64,000 nucleotides of DNA from Mobula hypostoma. Lineage: Eukaryota. Where the stretch lies: NCBI RefSeq assembly GCF_963921235.1, contig NC_086109.1, forward strand, positions 29,638,001 to 29,702,000, written 5' to 3'. The notes beneath the pieces are model-generated. The model had not been told where the DNA came from and made no database searches. It saw only the letters and a list, made by a program, of their open reading frames with translations. How positions within the stretch are numbered: position 1 is the stretch's first letter; each line of letters starts with the position of its first letter. Made by a program: the position numbers and the translations under genes. Below are positions 25,644-38,103 of this stretch, in pieces.

Positions 25644-26799
25644 TACACTATGTGTGGTCTAGTAAACAAGTGTATTTAGGCTGAGCTCTTAAGTGTACCA
25701 AATCTCACCTTACAAAAGTTTTGGATATTTGTGACAACCATGGGGATAGTATTAGAAAATGCAAGGGAATTCTGTTTGATCCAGGAGGCAAGTGGGCAGG
25801 TATTTTCAGGCAGTAACCCATGAGTGAAATATCTACTGGTGGTGCCTTCTTTATAAAGCTTTGGCCATGCAAACACAAGAGGGTGTCTTAGTGAGAAAAC
25901 ATGTTAATCTTTCAGGATGAGTAATTAGCTTAATTATGTCCATTCATAACAGCTTACTGCTTTCACAGCTACTGAGGACACTGAGCAAGTTTCTCCAAAG
26001 GCAGACAGAGCAGAGTAAGTATGGGCATTTGGAATCCAAAGGAGGTCAGATGGAAAGGACAATGTTTTACAAGGAGCAGTGCTGAGGACACCATTTAGGT
26101 AAATAAGGACAATGAAGAATGCATTTTAAGTAGGACTAATGCAAAAGTCAAAAGGCAAAAGCAGTGATTTTACAAACAGTATGAATATGAATGAATAAAA
26201 TTTAAAGATGGAAGATAAACTGCTGCAAACAGTTCAGCTATGGGATTACATATTAAAATAAGAATGTTTAGAAGGATCCATTAACCAACAGCAATATAGC
26301 TCTACAAACACAGGCACTGGCTGTCTAATTACTTAACTCGGGTAAACAAGCTGCATGTTCTGAGTGTTAGTTAGTTCTGATGAGTAAACTGTAGCAACCG
26401 CACATCGAGGTGCACGAAAATCAGCAAGATCTCTTCTTGATCGCCATGCAAGCATCCTCACATACTAAAAATATTTTGTGTGGCAAAGAACTTCACCTCA
26501 TGAATTGATAGTGTCTTCCACCAACGGGTGAAATAAAAACACCAGCTTTCAAGAAGCAGAGTTAACAATCAAGGCACTAACTTGCCCCATTCAACTAATG
26601 TCAAAAGACAAATTAGAAAAAAGGAGCATAAACTTGATTGAAATCCCACTATTCAGCCTTTATGCAGTGCATCTCAGAACAAGCTCAAACTCCTTCACCT
26701 TGGTGTTTAGGAGCTCTTTCAGTATCTTCAGTGGAAGCTTGGCAGCTTGCACCCTCAATCATCAGCAATAAGGAAGACCAGCACCCAGGAAAACAAAAG

Positions 26800-26955
26800 T
26801 TGGTAAATATTTAAAGATTGAGGAATGAAGAGTTGTGGAGAACAGGCACAGAAGAGGAGTTGAGGCCACCATTGTTCATCTATGATCATATTGGATAGTG
26901 GGGCAGTCTTCAGGGATTTGGTAGCCTATTTCTGCTCCTATTTTCCCGTGTTCTA
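26800..26955 (+). mobile_element. Old CR1 3' terminus
   Basis: tatgatcatattggatagtggggcag...gcctatttctgctcctattttcc resembles the CR1 3' end at 28820-28890. Confidence 0.6.
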
Positions 26956-28070
26956 GAGAGCCCCTTGAAACAGAGTGATAAACTCTGCTGATCTCCTGGT
27001 CTGTGAGTGCTCACCACAAGGTTATGCAATGAAAGCAAGTTTTACACCTGCTGATTCACATCCATTCAATGGTTGCTGAATTTACAATCTCCACTTTCTT
27101 TCTAGCTTGACTTTCTTTACTAGGTTGTTTTGAACTAACAACAGGAACTAGGATTGGAGACTACAGCGGAAATTGCAATTCAATACCTAAGCAGGGCGTA
27201 GGCTTTGGTGAGGAGGTGTAGAGGGTGAGGGCAGGACATATACTGTTTCCTGACAAAACTGTGTTCTATTATTCAGGGCAGTTTGTGGAAATGCGGGTAC
27301 ATCCTGTAGCAAAGACAACTATCTCACTTTCAAGGAGATAACCACTTACAGACTTTAGTTTTTAACCCTTAAATACCATCAGTTAAAAGCAGCATTTTCA
27401 GCATTTGTAGAGTGTTCAAGCTATTAAAACGAAGAAAAAAGAAGACGCCAACAATTTTACTGAAATGTTTTAAAAGTGAAAGATGTATTTCATTGTTGTA
27501 AATGTAGTGGCATTTGAAACAAAAATCAACAACAGGGTAAAAAAATAAAGCTGATGTGAATAACAGAAACTGCATTGATCAGGGTTAAAGATGGAAAATA
27601 AAGTGGGAAGTTTTGGCAAAGTCATATTTACAACAATGGTAACATGAAGATTACTATATTTAGCAAAGATGTAAATGTTTTCCAGTAAGCTCTTTAAAAG
27701 GGGAAACACCCTTTGTGCAACTCTCGTGAAAACTCCAATTACATTTTATACAGATGTGGTGTATATTTAGATGAGATCGCTCTAAAATTAGGCACATTAT
27801 GACAAATTAGTTTTGATCTGTTTAAAACTTTGTAAGATTTATATGTGCAAACATTTTTAAAATATATTTTGATGCAGCATTAAAGGTTTTCAGCCTGATT
27901 GAAAAAAAAGAAGTTTATCCTTTCTGTTCTATTTTATTCTTTATCACATCCCGGTCAGATTTATAACTGACCATTCAATTATTACTTGTGAGCTTTTGAG
28001 AAGCCACAACAAATCTACCACAAATTGCATGAAATTGGTAGAGATATTGAATCCTAAAACTCTCTTCGTT

Positions 28071-28905
28071 TGGCAGATGCAATTTAATGTGGATAAATGT
28101 GAAGTTATCCACTTTGGTGGCAAAAATAGGAAAACAGATTATTATCTGAATGGTGGCCGATTAGGAAAAGGGGAGGTGCAACGAGACCTGGGTGTCATTA
28201 TACACCAGTCATTGAAAGTGGGCATGCAGGTACAGCAGGTGGTGAAAAAGGCGAATGGTATGCTGGCACTTATAGCGAGAGGATTCGAGTACAGGAGCAG
28301 GGAGGTACTACTGCAGTTGTACAAGGCCTTGGTGAGACCACACCTGGAGTATTGTGTGCAGTTTTGGTCCCCTAATCTGAGGAAAGACATCTTTGCCATA
28401 GAGGGAGTACAAAGAAGGTTCACCAGATTGATTCCTGGGATGGCAGGTCTTTCATATGAAGAAAGACTGGATGAACTGGGCTTGTACTCGTTGGAATTTA
28501 GAAGATTGAGGGGGGATCTGATTGAAACGTATAAGATCCTAAAGGGATTGGACAGGCTAGATGCGGGAAGATTGTTCCCGATGTTGGGGAGGTCCAGAAC
28601 GAGGGGTCACAGTTTGAGGATAGAGGGGAAGCCTTTTAGGACCGAGATTAGGAAAAACTTCTTCACACAGAGAGTGGTGAATCTGTGGAATTCTCTGCCA
28701 CAGCAAACTGTTGAGGCCAGTTCATTAGCTATGTTTAAAAGGAAGTTAGATATGGCCCTTGTGGCTACAGGGGTCAGGGGGTATGGAGGGAAGGCTGGGT
28801 TCTGAGTTGGATGATCAGCCATGATCATAATAAATGGCGGTGCAGGCTCGAAGGGCCGAATGGCCTACTCCTGCACCTATTTTCTATGTTTCTATGTTTC
28901 TATGT
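28071..28905 (+). mobile_element. Young CR1 3' fragment
   Basis: Open frame WQMQFNVDKC...GYGGKAGF nearly identical to the 16.3-kb and 54.4-kb copies; (ttctatgt)3 tail. Confidence 0.95.
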
Positions 28906-30056
28906 AAAGGGCAGATTTTGATGTTATCACTTGATGGAAGATAAGTAAAAAAAGTTACATGAATTGTACACCATTCTAATTGTGAAATGGGGCGAAGTGT
29001 ATAATGGCCAATATAGATTATAAGTCTTGCATTAAAAAAAAAAATTTACTCATTTCACATATAAAACAAATAATCTGTGAATTTTTTTCCAAAATAGTTT
29101 TATCAGTTAACTTGTAAGACCTTCAATATATTGTTTTTTTTAAATAAGCATATCAGTTTTCAGTAAGACCTTCTATATTTCATGATCAGAAATTCATAAG
29201 TTAAATACATTATGCAGAAAGTTTGTAATTGTTAACAGAAGTATTTGTCATATCAATTTAATTGATAGTAATCTGACAGTGCAAACATTCAATTTACCTC
29301 AGAAACTTTTGATAAGGGGATGGAGTGTGAGATATTCTTATCTTCAATATCTTAGAAGAGAGAATAGTCTTCATGTAAATAGTTACCAGTGAATTGTTCT
29401 GTCCTACATTTGACTGCTACTATTAATTAAAATCATTTCTAGGCTGCTGCAATTTCCAAGGGAGAGGCTTAGAATAGGTAATCCCTTTTCAAAATCAATT
29501 GAACAAAAATGATGGTTAACTTCCTTTTGTGTTTTTTTCATTTCTATTGATTTCCTGAATACTTTTGTGTAAATGCATGGGTAAACTGTTGAGCTCATCA
29601 GGGCATTGCCCTGAGAGGAATTAAAGAGTCAAACCATGTTAAAACCGAATTAACATCAGGGTATGCTGTCATTAGCCTAGAATGATACAACAATTACACA
29701 CTTTCAACTTGGAATGATCTAACCAGATCCTAAAACATTCCAACCGATATCTTCGTATTAAGTTTTTTAAATGATAAAACGATGGAAGATATCCAAATGC
29801 CAATTATTCAGAGTTGCTTGATGTGAAGAAGGGATAATGAAGACTAGAATTGTGATATTTATTAACACAAGATTTTGAGAGAGGGTCTCAGTGTGTGTTT
29901 CTCCTTTAGATTCAGAATTTTTTTTTAAGTCTGCACATGGTATGAAGTAGAAGTTCTATTCACAGAGGCAGAATGGTAGATGTATTGATGATTCCATCCT
30001 ACAGACCCCAGAAATTGCCATTGAGAATTCAATGCAACCAAACTTCTTGACCCTGT

Positions 30057-30159
30057 CTGCATGTTTTTATGTATTGAGTTGCTGCCACATGATTGGCTGA
30101 TTGAATATTTGTATTAATAGGCATGTATAAGGTGTACCTAATAGTATGGCCACTGAGTG
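30057..30159. mobile_element. Tc1-like transposon terminal fragment
   Basis: Ends ggtgtacctaatagtatggccactgagtg-TA; reverse complement of 30652-30750. Confidence 0.7.
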
Positions 30160-30317
30160 TAAACTATGTCTGACAAAAACCAGCACAAATTCAGGTACAA
30201 TTCTTTCCATTGGAGTAAACATTTTATGACACTGTATCTTTCCAAAGAGGCTTCCAATATTGAACTTCATATAAGAGATTTTTCTAAGTAAATTATTATT
30301 ACCGATGATGAGCAAGA

Positions 30318-30625
30318 GTGGCACAGTAGTGTAACGGTTAGCACAGCGCTTTACAGCACCAGCAATTACCATCCGGGCTTCCTGCCACTGTCTGTAAGAA
30401 GTTTGTACATTCTTCCTGTTTCCTCTGGGTGTTACAGTTTTCTCCCACATTCCAAAGATATAGAATTAGGGTTTGGGTTGGTGAGTTGTGGGCATACTAT
30501 GTTGGCACTGGAAGGCTGACCCCAGCACAGCCCTTGAACTGTATTGGTCATTGACACAAATGGCATATTTCACTGTATATTTTGGTCTTTGATGTACACA
30601 TGACAAATAAAGCTAGTCTTTAATC
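30318..30625 (+). mobile_element. tRNA-derived V-SINE
   Basis: gtggcacagtagtgtaacggttagcac head; tttcctctgggtgttacagttttctcccacattccaaaga V-domain; same family as 61130-61445. Confidence 0.75.
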
Positions 30626-30651
30626 TTCACACAGGGCCCATGCAAAGTATA

Positions 30652-31170
30652 CACTCAGTGGCCACTTTATTAAGTCCACCTGTCCACCTGTTTGCAATGC
30701 AAATATCTAATCAGCTGATTATGTGGCAATAATGCATAAAAGCATGCAGACATGGTCAAGAGGTTCAGTAAATGTTCAGACCAAGCATGAGAATGGGGAA
30801 GAAATGTGATCAAGGTGACTTTGACCGTGGAATGATTGTCGGTGTGTGACAAAATGGTTTGAGTATCTTGGAAATTACTGATCTCCTGGGATTTTCATGC
30901 ACAACAGTCTCTAGTGTTTACAGAGAAGAGTACGAAAAACAAAAAAAAAAAATCCAGTAAGCAGCAGTTCTGTGGGCAAATGTCGAGACTTGTTCAAGCC
31001 TACAGGAAAACAACAGTAACTGAAATAACCATGTGATACAGCTGTGTAGAAGAGCATCTCTGAATGACACAACACTTGGAAGTGGATGAGCTATAACAAC
31101 AGAGGCCCACAGACATACACTCAGTGGCTGCTTTATTAGGTTAGGGAAGTATCTAATAAGTCAGAGAGTG
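30652..31170 (+). mobile_element. Non-autonomous Tc1-like element with transposase N-terminus
   Basis: TA-flanked TIR cactcagtggccactttatta; MGKKCDQGDFDRGMIVG..NGLSILEITDLLGFSCTTVSSVYRE (HTH) from ~30793; degenerate right TIR ending gagtg-TA. Confidence 0.8.
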
Positions 31171-34100
31171 TATCTCTACTGTAAACTCTCATGTTGGAGC
31201 AGATAAGACAAGACCCTGAGATGACCAGGTGCCAGTAATGGAAATGGTAGAGAATTTTGGGTAAATACTACTGCATTTATTAGACCTTCAAGCAATGGTA
31301 TTCCCCATCAAAACTTTGGAATGAATTTAGCACTAAAGTGTTCAAAACCACTTTGTTTTAAGGTTTCTGTCAACAAAGCCAAGAATAAAGCAGAATAATC
31401 TGAAAAGGAGGAAAAATAAACAATAAATTAATCAAAATGTAGAAAAAACAATAATAGTCAGATCACAACCAGGTCAGAGGCGGTAGTCCAATTTCCACAC
31501 ATGAATAAAAGCTGCTCACCAAAAGTAGAGGAGATATGAGCAAGAAGCCCTCAACTTTAAAATTAAACAGAGAAAACTAGTGAACAAGATAAAAATCTCT
31601 GACAGCACCCCTTGGTGACAAAAGAACGACATTATTTTACTTTAGAATAGAAATAACAATAATTTAATCTTGCAAGGTGGTGGTTTGATTATTTTGTTTT
31701 CCTTTGAGTATCATTTATGTTGCATTATTTTGCCACAGAGTTTGTATTGATGGCAGTCCAACTACTTTGATTAAGTTATTTTGTCATATTGTTGTTGACA
31801 AACCACAGTAGATGCCAGAGAAGCATTTCATAAATCTGGTTTACATAAGGACTCCTGAGGACACAGAAGTAACTCCTTTCCTGACGTCACTTATTGTTTG
31901 CACTGTATTTACATCCTGTCATTCATCCTCTCATTGGGAGGATAACTGATCTAGAGTTAGAAAACTTCTGTAGTTCAGATTTTTAAAATATGACCACCTA
32001 CCAAACAGAATGCTAATGACAGGGTGTGGCCTTTTGTAGGCCACTGTGTAGAATAGTAATAATAATTCTATGCTGCAGACAGAGAGGAGATGGACTGTAT
32101 CTGAGACAGGTAATTTTATGGACACTGGACAATATTGTAAGTCAGGGGTTCCAATATTCCTCCCCCTGCCCCCCCCCCCCCCACCGCTTAATGGTATTGG
32201 TCCATAGCATAAAAAGATTTGGGAAAGCCTGTTATAAGTGAAAGAGACAATCTCTATATTCCTGCTTTGGAAAACATTGCCAAGCTTCAATCAATTTTGG
32301 CAGAATTGAGTTCCAATCATGATGTCATTTAATGAAGGATAAAAATTTGCTGTAATCCTTTGATCTCCAGATGACTGGTATATATTCATTTGGTTGCTTT
32401 GGTACTTGTAGAATATGTTTAAACATGCAATAGGAAGTATCCAACTGAACACAGTGGCTTGGCTGTCTCACTCTTTGGAAATGATAGTGGATAAATAAAG
32501 GATTTTACAGCATTCAGTGAGATGAGGTCCTTTTGTTCAGTTTCATAATGGAAAAACCATTATGTGGAAAGTGGTGACATCATGCACGTGTTTTTATAAT
32601 CTTATTCACTACCATTTCCTGTATTTATTTAGTTATTTTATTCACAGACTTCCTGTCCATTTTACTAGGATTGTCTAGCCATCGTTATCCACTACCTTTA
32701 TTTATCTTTTTATTGTTCTTGCCTTCTTTTACTATAGAAATCTTTTTGCAACTCACGGAGGTCTAAAAGATGTCAGGTTGGAGCTATCCAACCTTTTGAG
32801 GTCTGCACTAAAAATAGAGTGTTAGGCAATAATAATTAATTTGCTATTTTTATAAACAAATTCAAAGTCAAAAATAGAAAAAGTTATTTCTAGTAATAAA
32901 GCTGCAATGTATTTTAATGCCGTGCAAAAAAATCAAAATATTAATTTATAAGTGAAGTAGCATATGTTCAGAAGTATACTGTACATTGATAACTAAAGGA
33001 AAGATTCAAACAAGTGTAAGAACTTGCTAACGATAAACATTTGAGCTTTATATGTTGTCAAGGAGCAGATCACACACGACACAGTTATTCCAATATTTTC
33101 AACTGCTGCAGACTAGGTGCATCACGACATGTGCTGGCAATGTCAGAACCAAAGTGCGGAGGAAAGACAGACTCCAATGCATAGACAGCAACCAGAGTTT
33201 ATTCATAAGAATTCCAACAGAACATCGATGGCTTGGCCGAGTGACACTGCAAGATGTAACATTCTCGAAACTAGGACGCCACGAGTAATGCTAAGTGGGT
33301 GTCCGCTTAAATAATACAAGAAATAAGGAGTCCCTGAGCTTATGAAAATAAACAAGTTTAAACAGAAAGCACCAGGAGACCGCATTCCAAACAGTGAGTC
33401 ACTCAAGAAAACAAAAACACAGCAAACTCTAAATGATTAATTAATCTTATTAGACAACAATTAACCTATTCAGCTGCTCTTAAAAACCTTGGAGCCCAAT
33501 GCTCTCCAGCTCCCTGCACAGACCCAAAGAGTTCATTACAAATCAAATCAGATGACAAAGGACATAAAATAAAAAATAATTATTCAAATTCCTATTATTA
33601 AACCTATGAAAGGTTTATGTAATCTGCTCTTCTTGCAATTTCTCATGGCCATTAAAAATAAAAGTGGCAAATGAAAGGCAGAGTTTTAGGATGAGTTCAA
33701 ATTTGCCAAAGCTATATGCTAGGAGGAATGCAAGGCTTATACTTGGAAGTGTGATAGCCACACATTTTAGAAAATGTGGTCATCGTTCTCTAGACTTAGG
33801 TATATTGCTGGCTTTCATTATCATTATCTCTCCGTACATGCAGTCAAAATAACTGATATCCAATCAAGTTATTAAAACGAAGCCTCAACATCATAGGATA
33901 CCTGCATTGCCATTTGCCATTTAAAGCTGACCAGATACTTTCGACCTAGACATTTGCAAAGCCTATTAGTGTAACAAGATAGAACTGTAATTCTATAAAA
34001 GATCTGTTCCGTTACTTGAACAAACTTCGCATCTGTCACTCCGGACAAAGATTGTTTCATGCAAATAGTACAAAGAGAATTCCTGTATTTGAATTTGAAG

Positions 34101-34488
34101 CATGGTAAGCAAGATATAAACAAAATAATATGTTATTGACCATGTATCGAGCAATAACACCCAACATAGCCAAAATATGAACAGTGTTGGCAGCTGGGAA
34201 TGCAAGCAACATTGTCTTCTGCAAGGACGTTTTAACACCAAAGGCATATTCAGTGAAAATGTCTGACTCATCTATCCACAACACACTGTTAGCATATCAA
34301 GGAAATTTTCTGGATGTGCTTAACAAAGGCAAAGTGATCGAATGTGAGGACCTATGTTAAGCTAACCCAGTATTTGGTAAGGAAATTCAACAGATCTTTC
34401 CTCATTTAGATACTACTACAGTTTGTGGAAGAACTGAAAAGGCTCAAGAAAGATATTTCAATTGTGCACAAAGCAATAATGGAGGGTG

Positions 34489-35043
34489 CAAACACGAGGA
34501 AATCTGCAGATGCTGGAAATTCAAGCAACACACACAAAATGCTGGTGGAACGCAGCAGGCCAGGCAGCATCTATAGAAAGAGGTACAGTAACGTTTCGGG
34601 CCGAGAGCCTTTGTCAGGACTAACTGAAAGAATAGATAGTAAGAGATTTGAAAGTGGGAGGGGGAGGGGACATCCAAAATGATAGGAGAAGACAGGAGGG
34701 GGAGGGATGGAGCTAAGAACTGGAAAGTTGATTGGCAAAAGGGGTACAAGGCTGGAGAAGGAAGAGGATCATGGGACGGGAGGCCTAGGAAGAAAGAAAG
34801 GGGGAGGGGAACCCAGAGGAAGATGGAGAGCAGGCAAGGAGTGATTGTGAAAGGGACAGAGGGAGAAAAAAGGGAGAGAGAAAAAAAGGGGGAAAAATAA
34901 AAAATAATAAATAAATAAGGGCTGGGGTAAGAAGGGAAGGAGGGGCATTTACAGAAGTTAGAGAAGTCAATGTTCATGCCATCAGATTGGAGGCTACCCA
35001 GACTGAATATAAGGTGTTGTTCCTCCAACCTGAGTGTGGCTTC
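34489..35043 (-). mobile_element. Penelope-like element 3' end (GIY-YIG C-terminus, pyrimidine-rich UTR, terminal repeat)
   Basis: EATLRLEEQHLIFSLGSLQSDGMNIDFSNF; hammerhead-like agtc-CTGACAA-aggc..ccc-GAAA-cgtt at 34586-34622 (G8 mutated). Confidence 0.85.
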
Positions 35044-35348
35044 TTTTACGAAAAGCCCAAGTGAAAAATTATTGCAGCTCCTCTTTTTTCAGTGGCAATA
35101 CCACTTGTTCAGTTCTCAACATGTGTACTGATTGTTCATTAAAAGATGAGTGACCAGTAAAACAACCAACAGTGCTTTTAAATACAGCCTCACTTTTGTA
35201 ATTCATCAGGAAATATGGACTTTCTGTCAGGATGCACAGGTAAAGAAAGTATCATACAAAAGTCAATCAAGCTCAAGCCACAAAATGTACCTACTTTCAA
35301 ATTGTCATAAGGAGAGTATGCATCATATGAAGTAATTAATGTAATGAT

Positions 35349-35853
35349 CATAGTCATAGTCATAGTCATACTTTATTGATCTCGGTGGAAATTGGTTTTC
35401 ATTACAGTTGCACCATAAATAATAAATAGTAATAAAACCATAAATAGTTAAATAGTAATATGAAAATATGTAAATTGTGCCAGGAAATAAGTCCAGGACC
35501 AGCCTATTGGCTCAGGGTCTCTGACCCTCCAAGGGAGGAGTTGTAAAGTTTGATGGCCACGGGCAGGAATGACTTCCTATGACTCTCTGTGTTGCATCTC
35601 GGTGGAATGAGTCTCTGGCTGAATGTACTCCTGTGCCCACCCAGTACATTATGTAGTGGATGGGAGACATTGCCTAAGATGGCATGCAACTTAGACAGCA
35701 TCCTCTTTTCAGACACCAACGCCAGAGAGTCCAGTTCCATCCCCACAACATCACTGGCCTTACGAATGAGTTTGTTGATTCTGTTGGTGTCTGCTACCCT
35801 CAGCCTGCTGCCCCAGCACACAACAGCAAACATGATGGCACTGGCCACCACAG
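35349..35853 (-). mobile_element. Rex1/Babar-like LINE 3' fragment
   Basis: SVVASAIMFAVVCWG..NKLIRKA..SHPLH..KSFLPVAIKLYN (ORF 35504-35884); (catagt)n tail. Confidence 0.85.
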
Positions 35854-38103
35854 ACGATCGAGGAGATATATTAGATGGTCTCAACTATTGCCTTTTTCTC
35901 AAGAAAGTGGGTTGAAATCTACCCAGTCATGATCATCAGTAAAGCTAGACATGAACAATTATCTTCATCAATGTACAGACTGACATAGGATTAAGTTATG
36001 GATAATGATTTTGTTACACTGTATGCCTACACAAAATCAACACAATCTACTTTCTTAATTTGTTTGATTGGAAAAAGTATTAATAGTGCCTTTATCATTA
36101 AAATACTTATTGTGACCCGAGGTATAGAAGTTGTTAATCTGAAAGATATTTCAGTTCTTTCTATATCTGATATTCTCAACTTCATTCTGCAGGGAGGTGA
36201 CAACAACTACACTATGATTTAGAGTGATTTGAGCTAATTGGACGATCCTTATGGAATTGTTATTGCTAAAAGTACTTCCCTCTTTTGGAAATATCCACTA
36301 TGCCTATCAATCTAATGGATTTTCATTCTCTAAAGCTTCACTCATCAAACAACACATCCAGACAATGGAATATGAGTATTAAGCCATTTATAAAACACAG
36401 AGGTTCATCTTCTACTGGGCTTAGTGCAGAAGCAGCAAAGAATGCACTTGAGTCAAACTCGAACATCAATGTTTCAATCTGCTTCCTGGTTTTAAGGTGC
36501 CATTCAAAATTTCCCAAGTTGCTGAAGATGCGTCGAAGGTAATGCATTCAAAAGATATTATATCCAATATTGACAAATCTATGGCTAATACCTTTACTAA
36601 CAATCAGATGCTAATCATCTGGTATAACAGTATAGGTCAGGAGAATTCTATTTGTCCTTTGAGTTTGCACAAGAATTTGAAATTGAACTGCAAGAGCTAC
36701 ATGTCATTTCCTAGAAATGAGTTGCCAAATTGCCACAGAGCAGATCTTTATCAGAGAACAACTCCAGTAAGCTGTTCTGCAGAACATCACTTTGTGCTGA
36801 TTAACTCCTTCATTCCTGAATTCAACATTAGGTTTGTCTAAAAAAAATGAGAGAAAGACGTGCAATAGCTATCATATCTCAGGCACTTCACTGCTGATTT
36901 TTGAAACAAACCTTGCAATGTATGCAATTTGTGCAAAGTAAGATTCTGCAAACAGCAATGCGAAAACGACCGAAAATCTGCTTTTGTGATCATGATTGAG
37001 AGATAATATTGCTCTTGTCCTGTGAGATAACCCATTTATTGCTTTTTCAATGAAGTACTATCCAGGAAGCTTTTAAATCTACTCAAGTAAGCAGACAAAC
37101 TTCAATTTAATGTATCACCTACAAGTTTGTCCTCTATTGTAGCTTTCCAAGTGTATTATTAAAGCCCTCACAACTACTGTCAATGATCAGTACATAGTGA
37201 AATATTGGAAAATATTGTGGAAATGTTTCTTAACAACATTGAATTTGCTTGTCTGCTACAGCCTGCAATGTTCACAAATCTCTTGAAAACTTGCATAAAA
37301 GATCAAAGGCACAGACCGCTAAATTAATAGAATCATAACCAAACACAAACAGACTATTTGGTCTGTCAGATGCATACTACCATGCATCATAGAAGTGGTA
37401 AATATGAACGTATTAATATTAAGATCAACGATCCGCTTTATTTAAGCATTTAGCTTTCTAATGCTTTCACCAAGTACCACTTCTGGTGTCTCCCACACAC
37501 TGCATTGAACTTCATTGACAAGGAAGCATAGAAACTCCTGGACTATCTCCAGATTCATAAACATATCGCGAAAATTCTACCAATCACAAATATATTTATG
37601 TTACTTTTGATTTTACTTGTGACTGCAGCAGTTTGATTTATAAAGAAGTAACAAAAATGATAAATTCACATAAAGATTATCTTCTCCCTGGAGCAGCCTG
37701 TCCATTTGTATTCATCAGCATTTCTAAGTATGTACTTTTAATGATACCTTAACAGTTGAAGAAATAATCATATTATATGGTTGCTCCTTTATGGGGAAAT
37801 CTTTACCTCTCTGCAAATGTATTTGTTATTTTTATTTACCTATGTGTCTACAGCACTCTCCAAAGCAATTAACTATTTAAGAATGTAATAATTAAAGTAC
37901 AATGAGGTACAAACTTCATTGTCTCTTGTATGTGCCAGATACACCATGTAACTTCATCAAAATGAATTTCAGAAACTAATAATGAATTTACTTTGAACTT
38001 TCTGAACGTACACATATGTCACTGTATACAACCCTGAGACCCATTTTTCTATGGGCATTCTCAATAACTCTATAGAGTAATAACCATAACAGGATCAATG
38101 AAA

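Larger units (their letters stand above)
33000..37560 (+). mobile_element. Highly decayed LINE fossil, probably I/Nimb/Jockey-type (gag-knuckle ORF1, EN, RT)
   Basis: Collinear motif remnants: FNCCRLG..KCGG (33098-33163), MLLTMYRA..NIVFCKD..FLDVLNKGK (34130-34333), KISQVAEDA (36506-36532, like SQFADD). Many stops and frameshifts. Confidence 0.45.

Noticed and set aside
25660..26790. Possible very old minus-strand LINE (IADD-like motif near 26765)
   Set aside because: Too degraded to show several collinear motifs.
29598..29614. Perfect palindrome tcagggca-t-tgccctga (p53-like)
   Set aside because: Extra base breaks the half-site consensus; 8-bp arms are expected by chance in 64 kb.
31882..31889. 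CRE motif tgacgtca
   Set aside because: A single 8-mer with no promoter context.
34444..35028. 194-aa ORF as a membrane protein
   Set aside because: Only the first ~25 aa are PLE endonuclease tail; the rest is read-through of a pyrimidine-rich UTR.
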